From positions 1 to 64,000 of IMG/VR virus record IMGVR_UViG_2671180244_000004: DNA of 64,000 nucleotides; one strand, 5' to 3'. Below the pieces are notes generated by a model. The model searched no databases, had not been told where the DNA came from, and worked only from the letters and a program-made list of their open reading frames with translations. A program made the position numbers and the translations under genes. This DNA is from a virus (Duplodnaviria > Caudoviricetes). The stretch's first letter is position 1, and each line of letters opens with the position of its first letter. Shown piece by piece: positions 27,538-38,065 of this stretch.

Positions 27538-29830
27538 TACATTCTACTTCTTTCTTATCTGCCCAAGTTGTATTAGTGATTTCTAGATCCACAACTACAG
27601 GTACCTGCATCCATTCTACATCTTCCATAATTCTCTTAATGTGAGGGAAAATCCATTCCTCTCCTTTATAAATTAGGAATTGTAATTCGTCATGAATATT
27701 AGCTAGTGGCAATGATTTGCAATTATTTTTTCTTAAAAATTCCCCTATCTTTATTACATATGCTTTTAACATATCAGCGCATGAACCTTGCACAAGATAG
27801 TTTCCAACCTTATATGCCTTTTCTGTATTACTCAGAAAGTAAACACGTCCATACATGTTGGTGGCATGCTTATCCTTCTGTACCTTTTTAGCAACTTGCT
27901 TTTGGTAATGAGATACCTCAGGGAATGTGTTTGACCACCCTGATACTAACGCATTTGCAATTTCCATAGAAACTTCCAGAGCTTCAGAGGCCTTGGCTGG
28001 TCCTCCGCCATAGTTCCTCATAAAATTAAACATTTTCCCTATGTATCTCCAAAACTTTTTAAATGATTTTTCATCAACTGGAGAATCTGACTTATGTATG
28101 TATTGTTTATATTTCTCTACGCACTCAAACGCTAATGCGATGAGCGTATTGTGAGATGTCTCGCTATGAACATCAGTAGGAGTCCAACTTACCCCGTCCT
28201 CTAAAAGCCATACAGAGCTACCGTCTTCTTTCTTTTCAGACCATCTTATTCTGTCCTCTTTTCTTGTAAAACTATACTCTTCGCCTGTTAAATAGTGACT
28301 GCATTTAAAAGGCATATAAGCTCTACAAAGGTTTAAATCAGGTCTTTTTAGTAGAACCGTATAGTTTGCTTGGGCTCGTAATTCAATTTGCGATAAGTCA
28401 AAGTATGCAATTTGATCATAATCCCCTCCCTCTACAATAAAAGCTCTTCTTGGGGAGAAAATTTCAAAACTTGAGGGGGCTTTACCTTCGCCATGTTCTT
28501 TTTCATATTTTTCTCCTTCTTCTGTCAGGATTCTCTCTTTAGGAAACTGCTGTGCATCGGAACCTAATCGACCAGATACGGTGTTGAATTGTCCATATTG
28601 AGTATAAAAATGCTCATCATATTGAGCTACTTCTATGATTCTAGATATATATGTAGACTGCCATTTCTCTAATCTTCTTAGCCGAGTAATTAGTTGGGAT
28701 AGCCTATCATCTTTGTGCTTTTTTAAAAACGCTTTATCTGTAGTAGGAGGTCTTTCTCCTAACTTTTTTTCAAAATAATCCTGTATAACAGATGCCTGTG
28801 AAGCTGTAAAATTTTCTCCGACGATACTCCAAAGTTCTTCGTAATGACTTTGTATCTCATCTTCGCATTTTTTGAAACATTCGTTTAAGTAAGGCATATC
28901 AACCTTCATGCCCACTCGTTCCATTCTCAGTAATTCCATAATCAACTTATTTTCGTGCTCAAGTATCGCTTTCTGTTTTCGTTTTAAAACTGTAGGATAA
29001 GTCATTTCCACTATTTCCAGAGTGTAAATTCCATCACTATGGACATATTCCATCATTATATCCCTGTCAACTTCTGAATAATTAGCAAAAGGATTTTCTT
29101 TTAACCAATTACGATATAGCTTTTCTATTTCGGCAGGAATAGTAATCCATCGCTGCTTCCTTTCGGTTGTAAATTGATCCATATCATTTCTCTTTTTTAC
29201 TTTGTATGCATCTTTAATTTTTCCAATACCCCAGCCAATGTCTTTGTAAGGCTTTAACAATTCTTTTAAAAGATTTCTTTTTTGATCATTTATTCTTCTT
29301 AATTCTTTTTTGACTTCTTTTTCAAATTCTGCTGCTCGAGGATCAATATATTTTTCGGAGACTTTCTTTAACCCCAACATATCTCCACCATCTCTAGCTG
29401 AAACAGCATCAAATGTAAGTCTGCATAATCCCATAGTGTCTGTAACATTGGCTAAATTAAATACCTCTTCTTCTTCAACTCCACCATTAATCAACATATG
29501 CAAATCATATTTCACGTTGTGCCCAACAGTCATAGTGCATTTCTTAGTCAATTGTAATACTTGATAAAGTATTTCTTTATTAGAGTTAAAGGCAAAACTT
29601 CTACCCTCTAATCCTTCTTTCCTTTTCTCCTTTGGTAGCTTGTAAGCAAATACCCACATAAAAGGCTTATCGTTGATAATATGCAAGCCTGTAGTTTCAG
29701 AATCAATCACGCATAATCTAGGTTGGTCTTCATCAAAAAGATTTTTGATTTCTTCAAAATCCTCTATCCAGTGTTTTTCATATTTTTTAGTCACTTCTGT
29801 TTCGAGTTTTGGATTTATGATCAAGAGCAT
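27530..29830 (-). CDS. Family A DNA polymerase with 3'-5' exonuclease
   Basis: DSETTGL, HNVKYD; DLSQIELR (motif A), GKMFNF..YG (B), IHDEL (C). Confidence 0.93.
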   Translation of the reverse strand: MLLIINPKLETEVTKKYEKHWIEDFEEIKNLFDEDQPRLCVIDSETTGLHIINDKPFMWVFAYKLPKEKRKEGLEGRSFAFNSNKEILYQVLQLTKKCTMTVGHNVKYDLHMLINGGVEEEEVFNLANVTDTMGLCRLTFDAVSARDGGDMLGLKKVSEKYIDPRAAEFEKEVKKELRRINDQKRNLLKELLKPYKDIGWGIGKIKDAYKVKKRNDMDQFTTERKQRWITIPAEIEKLYRNWLKENPFANYSEVDRDIMMEYVHSDGIYTLEIVEMTYPTVLKRKQKAILEHENKLIMELLRMERVGMKVDMPYLNECFKKCEDEIQSHYEELWSIVGENFTASQASVIQDYFEKKLGERPPTTDKAFLKKHKDDRLSQLITRLRRLEKWQSTYISRIIEVAQYDEHFYTQYGQFNTVSGRLGSDAQQFPKERILTEEGEKYEKEHGEGKAPSSFEIFSPRRAFIVEGGDYDQIAYFDLSQIELRAQANYTVLLKRPDLNLCRAYMPFKCSHYLTGEEYSFTRKEDRIRWSEKKEDGSSVWLLEDGVSWTPTDVHSETSHNTLIALAFECVEKYKQYIHKSDSPVDEKSFKKFWRYIGKMFNFMRNYGGGPAKASEALEVSMEIANALVSGWSNTFPEVSHYQKQVAKKVQKDKHATNMYGRVYFLSNTEKAYKVGNYLVQGSCADMLKAYVIKIGEFLRKNNCKSLPLANIHDELQFLIYKGEEWIFPHIKRIMEDVEWMQVPVVVDLEITNTTWADKKEVECIA

Positions 29831-29839
29831 TCCTCCTTT

Positions 29840-31540
29840 CTAAAAAAGAAAACTATGTACCACTTCCAAGTCAACGATTTCAATGTACGGTTTATTTTCA
29901 CTAGATAACTTGCATTTTCCTATACAGGTCAAGACATAACTTTCACTTTCATCTGTTAACTGGGGGAACTCGTTTTTATAAAATTGTTTTTTAAACTCCA
30001 CTTGATTTGATCTTATTTTCAGAGTAGTTGTTCTTTTTTTAAGTATCTCTATTTCATTTTTATTCACATGGATATCAGTGATAGCAACTAAAGGCTCTTC
30101 TAATTTGTATCCCCATAACTCTCTTTGATTGCCAATCTCTAAGATAAAATCTTCTTTGAGAAGTTTAAATGGGATTTCAAAATCGACATCAAGAACTGTC
30201 TTGTGTTCAATATCTTTTAACAAATCGTTAAGCGCCGAATTAATTTTTTTAAAACTATTCTTTTTGATACAAAATCCTGCTGCATTAGCATGTCCTTCAA
30301 CGAATTCAAATAGACCAGTCCCTACCAACAGCTCTTTAAAGTTTTTAACTTCCCCTTTATCATATCCTCTTATCGACCCTGTTAAAAACTCAGCTTTTTC
30401 TGCATCCCTAGCAAGTAAAACTGGTCGTTTAAACGTATCAGCAAGTTTATTTGCGACTAAACCTGTTAAGTTTTTTTCAAGAATACCTTCTATATATACA
30501 GAGAGTATCTTGTTTTCTAACAAATTTTCTTGGCGTATCTTTTGGACAATTTCATCAGTTGCTTTATCAACTAATCTCTTTTGTTTATTCTTTAAATTGG
30601 TTAAAATTCTTACAGTATCATCTTGAATTGAAATTGACTCTTCAACTGCAGATCCACGCTTCTTATAAAGAACCTTTTCTCTTGAACCTAGGAATGATTT
30701 GATTAACTGGTCTTTCTCTTTTTTTGAACCTACTCTAATCGCAGCATTAATAAGCGGATTAATATAGAATTGTGTATTCTGAATTGTTTTAACACCATTT
30801 GTCGAAAACTCTTGCTTTTTAAACAGCTTTTTCAAAAATGGATTTTTAATACCCTCTAACCCTTTTGATATGTAATATCTTGTTTCTAAACATCTTGAAT
30901 CTGCAGAATCAGCAATATTGCCAATCGCAACTAAGTCAAGCATCTCTTCAGCATAGTTTTTTCCGAGTTTATCATCAAGAGCTTGACACACTTTGTAAGC
31001 CATTCCAGCCCCCGTTAAAGACTTGTTTAAATAATTTGGTGAAAGCTGGTTATTAACAACAATTGCATGTGGGGACTCAACCTCACATTCATGATGATCG
31101 ATAACCAATATGTCACAACCTCTTTCTTTAAGCTCCTTATGGATTTCGTATTGATTGGAACCTGCATCTGGAATTATTACTAAATCCGTATTGTCTGGCA
31201 CTGTATCAAGAATAACTCCGTGCTCTTTCCCTTCATGCATCCTGTATGTTATTTTTGATTTTGGAAACATTTTCTTTATGTACTTCATTAAAATTACAGA
31301 AGAAGTTATCCCGTCAGTATCACTATCAATTTGGATAAAAATATCACTGCCATTTTTCAAATGATCTAATAGCAATTCAGAAGCCTTATTTATGTTACAT
31401 AATGAAGAATAAGGTTGCTCGTAGACTGCTGATGGGTTTAAAACAGAACCCATCTCAGAACTATAAATTCCCCTATTACTTAAAATAGTTTTGATGATAT
31501 CCTGCTCAAAATCATTATTTCCAATTACCTTATACTCCAA
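29840..31540 (-). CDS. yorK: RecJ-like ssDNA exonuclease (YorK)
   Basis: DSDTDG, DHH, GSIR, GHANAAG. Confidence 0.92.
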   Translation of the reverse strand: MEYKVIGNNDFEQDIIKTILSNRGIYSSEMGSVLNPSAVYEQPYSSLCNINKASELLLDHLKNGSDIFIQIDSDTDGITSSVILMKYIKKMFPKSKITYRMHEGKEHGVILDTVPDNTDLVIIPDAGSNQYEIHKELKERGCDILVIDHHECEVESPHAIVVNNQLSPNYLNKSLTGAGMAYKVCQALDDKLGKNYAEEMLDLVAIGNIADSADSRCLETRYYISKGLEGIKNPFLKKLFKKQEFSTNGVKTIQNTQFYINPLINAAIRVGSKKEKDQLIKSFLGSREKVLYKKRGSAVEESISIQDDTVRILTNLKNKQKRLVDKATDEIVQKIRQENLLENKILSVYIEGILEKNLTGLVANKLADTFKRPVLLARDAEKAEFLTGSIRGYDKGEVKNFKELLVGTGLFEFVEGHANAAGFCIKKNSFKKINSALNDLLKDIEHKTVLDVDFEIPFKLLKEDFILEIGNQRELWGYKLEEPLVAITDIHVNKNEIEILKKRTTTLKIRSNQVEFKKQFYKNEFPQLTDESESYVLTCIGKCKLSSENKPYIEIVDLEVVHSFLF

Positions 31541-31550
31541 CTCTTCACCT

Positions 31551-32609
31551 CTATGTAATCTTATATTTACTTGAGTAAAGTTTATTCCAAACTTCTTCTC
31601 CTTGATCTGTGGGGGACTCTTTGTCCTTTAGTAAACCTTCAGTATCATATGCGCCATATTTAACTCTTCCTCTAAGCTTATTCGCTTCAGCAAGTACAAA
31701 ATCTGATGGCTTATCTTTATCAAAAGCAAATACATAAGTTATATTTAAACCTAAAGCTTTCAACAGATTTATTTGGTCATCTGACAGAGAGTCTCCCTCT
31801 ACAGAAACACAGTTTTTATATCCCCACTGCGTCAAAAACATTGTCGTTTTAGCACCTTCAACAATAATCACTTCTTGTTTTTCTTTTATGTACGGCAGAG
31901 CTCGATGATAATTAAACAACTCAATTGATTTATTGCATGGAACAATATAAAGATATTTATACTTTTCTTCAATTTTTGAATCTTGTCCACAATAGCGTCC
32001 TTTAACTCCGATTAATTGACCTGCAGCATTATGTATTGGAAAGGTCACTCTTTCTGATCTAATATCCAATCCAATTTGGAAGTACTTTTGAGTACTTATA
32101 CGCAACCCACTTCTAAACCAGTCTAAATATGGCAGTATTCCATATTGGTTTTCATACGAGACTTCAATTATTTTATTCTCTATAGTATGAGGCGTTTCAC
32201 TCCTTTTGTTTTTAAGACCAGTTAACCATTTATTTAAATTTGGTCTTTGTTCTTTTAAAGTGGTTTTGTAAAACTCATCTATGTATTCTAAATATCCATA
32301 CTTTTTACATATCCAAAACTTACTTTTATTTAATGATTTTACTCTCTCTTCATCTGATTGAGCTTCAAATATTATGTATGAAATAACATCATAAATATCT
32401 CCCGTTATACCCTTAGATCTGATGTTTGCAGTTAGGGACGGGGTGTTTTTAATCTGCACACTTCTTTCATTATCACCATCTGGTAAACCGGCAACAATCA
32501 ACTTTCCCTTTTGCTCATTTTGAATGTTCCAACAACCGATATCATCTAATATTTCTTTAATTAGATTGTCATTAAAAATACGCTCTTTAATTGCCTTGAG
32601 TTCAGACAT
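31551..32609 (-). CDS. yorJ: DNA primase (TOPRIM), YorJ-like
   Basis: FPIHN..G..GR, IVEG, FDKD. Confidence 0.88.
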   Translation of the reverse strand: MSELKAIKERIFNDNLIKEILDDIGCWNIQNEQKGKLIVAGLPDGDNERSVQIKNTPSLTANIRSKGITGDIYDVISYIIFEAQSDEERVKSLNKSKFWICKKYGYLEYIDEFYKTTLKEQRPNLNKWLTGLKNKRSETPHTIENKIIEVSYENQYGILPYLDWFRSGLRISTQKYFQIGLDIRSERVTFPIHNAAGQLIGVKGRYCGQDSKIEEKYKYLYIVPCNKSIELFNYHRALPYIKEKQEVIIVEGAKTTMFLTQWGYKNCVSVEGDSLSDDQINLLKALGLNITYVFAFDKDKPSDFVLAEANKLRGRVKYGAYDTEGLLKDKESPTDQGEEVWNKLYSSKYKIT

Positions 32610-32623
32610 ATGTCATCTTCCTT

Positions 32624-34147
32624 TTAATGCGTTCCAATTCGTGGCACTTGGACTAATGCAACCTCTTTAAATGTATTTATTCCATAGCTAACTTCAAATA
32701 AAATTTGCTCTTCTTCACTACCAAAACGGTTTTTAGCAAGAAATAAAACTAAGTATGTCTTTTTAGGATCGAGATCATAGTCTTCTCTGTAGTACGTTCC
32801 TTTAAATTCATCCTTTTTGTAATTGTACGGGTGTAATATATAAGGACTGTTTTTTCCATTAGCTGTTTTAGCTCCTGGGTATTCATCGTCATAAAGCAAT
32901 CTTCCCATCATTACAACTGCTGCAACTTCATTTATCTCCATACTCTTTCCTGTTGCATCTAAATCCAAGAACCTTGATTCCTTACCTAGCTTCAGCTGTA
33001 CAGTGGCCAAGGTGCCTACATTCTGATTATCTTCTTTAATTAAATCGTGTAGTTCCTGTGCTGAGTCAGAAAACGCCTCCCATCGAGCTTTATCTTTTGA
33101 AGACCTATCTGGTTTAAAAGTATCGATTATTAATTTTTTGTACCCTTTAGGTCTGTATAATTCCACCCTACTCAAAACATCTTCTATTCTATATTTCTTT
33201 AATTCAAGTGTTTTAATTAGACCTTGACCTTTTTCAACTGCCCACGCTTTGGCTTTGTTAAGTTTGTGGAGAGTATCTTTATCAAATTTACCTTCGTACA
33301 TTTTTTCCCTATTCAAAGGCATCTTTAATACTTTGGAACAAATTGTAGCCAACAAAAGTGATCTCCATTTCTTTACGCTCTCTTCGTTAATGGCCAATAT
33401 TGCTTTTTCTTGATTTTCAAATAAAGACAGTATGAATTTTTCCATTGCTATTGAACTTTTCCCAACACCAGATGCTAATACAAGATAATATAGAGAACCG
33501 TCCTTCCATCCTTTTATTTTCCTACTAAGTCTTGGTGAATCATGTAGAGGAATTCCCATTGACTCACCTGAATCCAGGTCTTCAATGGTTTCATCTAAAT
33601 CATCAACTAAATCATGCTCGATCACCTCTCCAGCGTTAACATGTGCAAACATTTCCTTATGCTTGAATTGAATGTACATTTGTAGCTGCTTTAAATTCAT
33701 TCGAGTTAATTTAACTATTTGTTCTTCGTTTCCAATATCAATTAGACCAATGTCTTGCATATTTCTAAGCACTTCGAATTTTTGAATTTCTGATAAATGA
33801 TATTCTTCATTATGGGTATCTTTCTGACACTCATTCATTATTTCTTCTATAGTTTCAAAGGCTCCGAAATCGTTATATGCTTCAATATAACTCTTCTTGT
33901 TTTTTTCTTTTGGTCTGGAAACAACAAAAGAGTATACTGTTTTATCATCAAAGTCCCGAATACCATTATCAAACATTTGAAGACCAACTGTGTAATAAAA
34001 AAACCAAGTTTGTTCTGTGAAGCTTTTATTTGTTATTTTATGTGTTTTATACCTTTGATACAATGCAGGATTACTCCAAAGATAACCTACAAATAAAGCT
34101 TCATGTACCTGCGAAGGATCCACGAATTCCGATAAGTGTTTTCTCAT
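32624..34147 (-). CDS. yorI: DnaB-like replicative helicase, YorI-like
   Basis: ASGVGKS Walker A, IIDT, VQL, KNRFG. Confidence 0.9.
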   Translation of the reverse strand: MRKHLSEFVDPSQVHEALFVGYLWSNPALYQRYKTHKITNKSFTEQTWFFYYTVGLQMFDNGIRDFDDKTVYSFVVSRPKEKNKKSYIEAYNDFGAFETIEEIMNECQKDTHNEEYHLSEIQKFEVLRNMQDIGLIDIGNEEQIVKLTRMNLKQLQMYIQFKHKEMFAHVNAGEVIEHDLVDDLDETIEDLDSGESMGIPLHDSPRLSRKIKGWKDGSLYYLVLASGVGKSSIAMEKFILSLFENQEKAILAINEESVKKWRSLLLATICSKVLKMPLNREKMYEGKFDKDTLHKLNKAKAWAVEKGQGLIKTLELKKYRIEDVLSRVELYRPKGYKKLIIDTFKPDRSSKDKARWEAFSDSAQELHDLIKEDNQNVGTLATVQLKLGKESRFLDLDATGKSMEINEVAAVVMMGRLLYDDEYPGAKTANGKNSPYILHPYNYKKDEFKGTYYREDYDLDPKKTYLVLFLAKNRFGSEEEQILFEVSYGINTFKEVALVQVPRIGTH

Positions 34148-34156
34148 TAAACCCTC

Positions 34157-34774
34157 CTATAAAAATTCTGAGATATCCAATACATCTTTTTTGTTATTGT
34201 TGTATTTTGCCGTTTCATCCATTGAGTAGGATATCTGATCAACTAAATTATTATCAATAATCGCCTCTCTACGATTCATTACTGTTTCTTTATTTGAAGC
34301 AGCACCGATTGAATCATTAATGTTATTTATAACAATTGCGAACACATAGGAAAATTCATTCCACTTTGCAGCGAAAACCATGTTACTTAAAGTTTTGTTT
34401 ATGTAGGTTTCATTTACCTCGTATGTATATAAAATGTCTCTAAAAGGCACTCCTTCTTTATACCTTTTAATTTTTTTCTTATTAAACACCACAGTTCCGT
34501 TTCTGAGATCTTGGATTTTCTCCATCATTCGACCATCAAGAGTATCAATTCTGTGCAACTTCTTAATATATGTAAACAATTCATCTAATTCTTTTAATTC
34601 TTTTTCTTTAAATGCTTCATTGTTCTGATACTCTTCATCACATTTTAAGTGGACATATTTTCTCGCTATCTTCTCAGAACCGTTTTTATTATACTTACCC
34701 GTAGGTTTTGAATAACATTTCATTTGCATATAGTCATTTTTTAAACCACAAAATCTACATTTATAGCCTTTCAT
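34157..34774 (-). CDS. YorH-like replication protein
   Basis: CRFC..H..C zinc site; position in cluster. Confidence 0.7.
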   Translation of the reverse strand: MKGYKCRFCGLKNDYMQMKCYSKPTGKYNKNGSEKIARKYVHLKCDEEYQNNEAFKEKELKELDELFTYIKKLHRIDTLDGRMMEKIQDLRNGTVVFNKKKIKRYKEGVPFRDILYTYEVNETYINKTLSNMVFAAKWNEFSYVFAIVINNINDSIGAASNKETVMNRREAIIDNNLVDQISYSMDETAKYNNNKKDVLDISEFL

Positions 34775-34795
34775 ACAGTCACCTCTTGTACATTG

Positions 34796-34816
34796 AAGAG
34801 GGGAATATCCCCTCTT
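34796..34816. terminator. Hairpin
   Basis: AAGAGGGG-AATAT-CCCCTCTT. Confidence 0.55.
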
Positions 34817-35945
34817 AATTTAAAAATGATTTAACAATTTCAAGAGCTTTAGTCAATTCTTCAACAGTTTTGAGTTGCTTATAGTTACCTTCACCAAATG
34901 CCTCTTTAAACTTCTCTGACAACTCAAGTTTCTTGTCTCGTTCAATATCTGAAACAAGAGAATTAATTTCTTCGAGAATTTCATTAGGGTTAGGTTCATT
35001 TACTTTATCTACAAACTCTTTAGCCTTCTCTTCTCTAACTTGATCTTCTTCACTCTTGAGTTCTGTAATAGATTTAGTATTCTTTTTAAGTTGGCCTTTA
35101 ACTGCATTCTCAAAGACTTCTAAGAAGTTTTCCACACCGTAAGGGACTTTCTCAGGAAGATCTGTAAATCTCCCCCCTCCAATCCCAATATAACTGGAAG
35201 GAAGGAAGTACATATATGCTTCTGTTGAATGATGCTTAGCTGCTTGCTCTTTCCCTCCTTTATTCTTCAAATTTTCTTCGATTTCGTTTCCGTTTTTATC
35301 CATAACCGTTACTTCATTGTGCAGTGTAACAATTAAATCAGCTTGAGACTCAAAGATATCTGCCCCTGTTTTACTCATCTTTAGTTCAATAGAGTTATAT
35401 TTAAGATCATCTCTGGTTGTGGTTTCTTTTTCTTTAGTCCACGCTAACCAAATGATACCGTATCCTGCATTTTTCAATAAATCTATCTGTTTCCAAACCT
35501 CTTGCTTTAATAGCATGTAGCCATTCGTGCCTTTAATTGTCTCTGCAACTTCTTGAAGAGTTTTCATTTTCTTTCCGTACTTTTTATTTAATTCATCTAA
35601 AATATATTCTGTGGCCATGTCCATCAACCTATCAGCTGTATCAATACCGAGAACATTAGTCACCCGACCGTTTTTCGCTTCCTCAAGTAGCCCTTTCACT
35701 ACTTCGCCTTTAAAAAACCTCCAGTCATAATCATGCATCGGAATTACTGAATCTAATTCCCAGGTATTGTATCCTGGTTCAAAGGCTAATAATAGCCCTG
35801 CCTCCTTCTGCTCTGGATAAAAAGTTTCAATCAGCTCTTTCCATAATCTTGTTTTTCCTGACTTGTAACCCCCAGCAATCCCAATCATATAGGATTGCAA
35901 GTCAACTTTAGGTACAATGTTCTTAACCTTTTTTCTAAAACTCAT
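34815..35945 (-). CDS. yorG: AAA-family ATPase (YorG-like)
   Basis: GGYKSGKT, IDTAD. Confidence 0.8.
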   Translation of the reverse strand: MSFRKKVKNIVPKVDLQSYMIGIAGGYKSGKTRLWKELIETFYPEQKEAGLLLAFEPGYNTWELDSVIPMHDYDWRFFKGEVVKGLLEEAKNGRVTNVLGIDTADRLMDMATEYILDELNKKYGKKMKTLQEVAETIKGTNGYMLLKQEVWKQIDLLKNAGYGIIWLAWTKEKETTTRDDLKYNSIELKMSKTGADIFESQADLIVTLHNEVTVMDKNGNEIEENLKNKGGKEQAAKHHSTEAYMYFLPSSYIGIGGGRFTDLPEKVPYGVENFLEVFENAVKGQLKKNTKSITELKSEEDQVREEKAKEFVDKVNEPNPNEILEEINSLVSDIERDKKLELSEKFKEAFGEGNYKQLKTVEELTKALEIVKSFLN

Positions 35946-35999
35946 ATATTCAAACCTCTCTATATTTGTTATTTTTATTTTATTTAGTATGTATTTGAA

Positions 36000-37334
36000 T
36001 TAAAATGGAAGCTCATCATCCGAAACAGAAACATTAGAAAAAGGATCTTGTTGCTCAGACTCTCCTGTAATCTCTTCTTCAGTAAGCAAATTTTTTGCGT
36101 ATGTACCTGTGAAAACATTTAGAATTTCTAAACCTTTTTTTGTACCAGTCGAAACTTGTTCATAGGATTTGACTTTTTCATCAACATCAGCAAAAGGATT
36201 GTCTTCTTCCTGTTCTTCAACCTCAACAGTAGCAAATTCCGCTCTGTTATTATCGATGCCATGCACTACTAAGAAATCCAGTCTGTTTAAGTTTGCAAAG
36301 GCCTCTGCAATTGATCTTTTCCCTTCCTCTGGTTCTTTATGATATACAGTTAACTCAACATCGTACACTTGACTTCTTTCTTTACCATAGCCAAGAAATG
36401 CAGCATTAACTTTGGTGTCTTTTGATCCCTCTTCTTGATACACACTTTTAATTCCCATTTGCATCTCAAACTCATTGATTTCAATAAAATTCTCTGATTT
36501 AAAATCTCGAATATATGGAATATATTCGTATGAACCATCTTCTTTGTTGATTCTTATTGTACTTTCTACATTATTAACAACTTTGATTCTATCTGTTTCG
36601 CTTGTATTTTCATTATAAGCAACTTTAACTCTTTTACCCTCTTCCCCATTACTGAGTTTAGTAATAAAGATATTACCGCCTTCTGGCGACAACCAACCAA
36701 CATTTATTTTAACTGTCTCCTCTTTAGCTTTACCGTATCCAAGAACCCTACCCTTTTCTTCTGAATCATAAATTCTATACTCTTCACCAGAATTCACATT
36801 GTTGATTTCAACTAGTCCGTTTTTCAAAGGATAAACTTGTTTAATAATTCTCTTTACAACATTAATTGTTTCACCTTCATTATTTTCGAAGGAGCTAAAT
36901 TCATAAACTCCTCTAACATCAACCCACATGTCAGGTTTAATAAATGTAGCCAGTTCATCACATAAGTCCCAATCGGTTGAAATCACTTTATAAGATTCGT
37001 CAGGAAATTTTGTTTTGTCGAATCTGTGTTCCCATTCTAGTTTAAAAGACTTTTTATGTTTAGAACTGTAAGGATAAACAAAAGCTTGTTCCATTCCAGC
37101 AAGCTCGACCTTAAGCTCATTTCTATGGGCTGTTTCTACAATAAACTGAACTACCTTACGATCTTTGCCTGTTTTTGTTTGCGTTAATTCAGAAATCGCT
37201 GCTTCCACCCAGCTATCTGTCGCATCATCCTTTTTCATAACAGGTTTTACTTTTCCTACAAATCTGAAAAAGTTGTTAAATTCTTTTCCTTCATGATTTT
37301 TATTGATTTTAATATCGCTTTTCTTTTTTGCCAT
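36000..37334 (-). CDS. YorF-like putative ssDNA-binding protein
   Basis: OB-like repeats, acidic DDELPF C-terminus. Confidence 0.7.
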   Translation of the reverse strand: MAKKKSDIKINKNHEGKEFNNFFRFVGKVKPVMKKDDATDSWVEAAISELTQTKTGKDRKVVQFIVETAHRNELKVELAGMEQAFVYPYSSKHKKSFKLEWEHRFDKTKFPDESYKVISTDWDLCDELATFIKPDMWVDVRGVYEFSSFENNEGETINVVKRIIKQVYPLKNGLVEINNVNSGEEYRIYDSEEKGRVLGYGKAKEETVKINVGWLSPEGGNIFITKLSNGEEGKRVKVAYNENTSETDRIKVVNNVESTIRINKEDGSYEYIPYIRDFKSENFIEINEFEMQMGIKSVYQEEGSKDTKVNAAFLGYGKERSQVYDVELTVYHKEPEEGKRSIAEAFANLNRLDFLVVHGIDNNRAEFATVEVEEQEEDNPFADVDEKVKSYEQVSTGTKKGLEILNVFTGTYAKNLLTEEEITGESEQQDPFSNVSVSDDELPF

Positions 37335-37361
37335 ATGTATAATTAATCCCCTTTATATTTG

Positions 37362-37673
37362 TTATTTGTTTTTTAATTGCTTTTCAATTGCTTGAAACAC
37401 ACTGTCTTCTAAACGTTTTTCAATTCTAAGTTTATGAGGTAGATTAATAATGTCTACAATCTTCCCCAATCGAACTTTAATCATTAGATTTCCATAAAGA
37501 TAAACCCTACCTAATAATCCTTGCTTGATTATTCTTTCTGGCTCTCTTTCCTTTAAACAAATGATGTGTCGATTAAGTTTCATTTGAATTTTCTCATCCG
37601 ATAATTTGTAATTGCCTTTTACAGTATGCCTATATGTATCCACTGCTTTCTTTTTTACTTTCAATAGCTTCAT
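37362..37673 (-). CDS. Hypothetical protein (YorE position)
   Basis: First gene after the 37702 promoter. Confidence 0.7.
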   Translation of the reverse strand: MKLLKVKKKAVDTYRHTVKGNYKLSDEKIQMKLNRHIICLKEREPERIIKQGLLGRVYLYGNLMIKVRLGKIVDIINLPHKLRIEKRLEDSVFQAIEKQLKNK

Positions 37674-37701
37674 ATATTCACCTCCTCGTTACTGTAACTC
37701 T

Positions 37702-37730
37702 ATAATATATGTAATTTGTATTTTAGTCAA
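37702..37730 (-). promoter_or_regulatory. sigA promoter of the replication operon with SPBRE-like spacer
   Basis: TTGACT-17bp(ACAAATTACATA)-TATTAT. Confidence 0.82.
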
Positions 37731-37779
37731 TGACTTTTATGTATTATTTTTAAATTAAAATGACAGTTTTATCTGAAAC

Positions 37780-37806
37780 AAAAAAAGAACGGCTTTAAGC
37801 CGCTCT
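37780..37806 (-). terminator. Rho-independent terminator
   Basis: AGAGCGGCTT-AAAGCCGTTCT followed by T-run on the minus strand. Confidence 0.7.
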
Positions 37807-37813
37807 CCTCTTA

Positions 37814-38053
37814 CTAATTTTGTTTAGACGTTTTTGAAATGAGATAATTAATCAATGTTATTACCAAATAAAACAATGTTCCATAAAATACACCATTAAA
37901 CAAGCTCACACCAATAAATTTGCTTATTAACACCACATAGTATGATGCTGGTGTTCCAGGGAACACGGCCATGTTAAAAAGACAAATCATGAGTGTTAAT
38001 AAAAAGCATATTGAAAACACAACACGAAACAATTTTGATTTTAACATTGTCAT
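37814..38053 (-). CDS. Small membrane protein
   Basis: 79 aa, mostly hydrophobic. Confidence 0.7.
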   Translation of the reverse strand: MTMLKSKLFRVVFSICFLLTLMICLFNMAVFPGTPASYYVVLISKFIGVSLFNGVFYGTLFYLVITLINYLISKTSKQN

Positions 38054-38065
38054 TTTTAATTTCTC

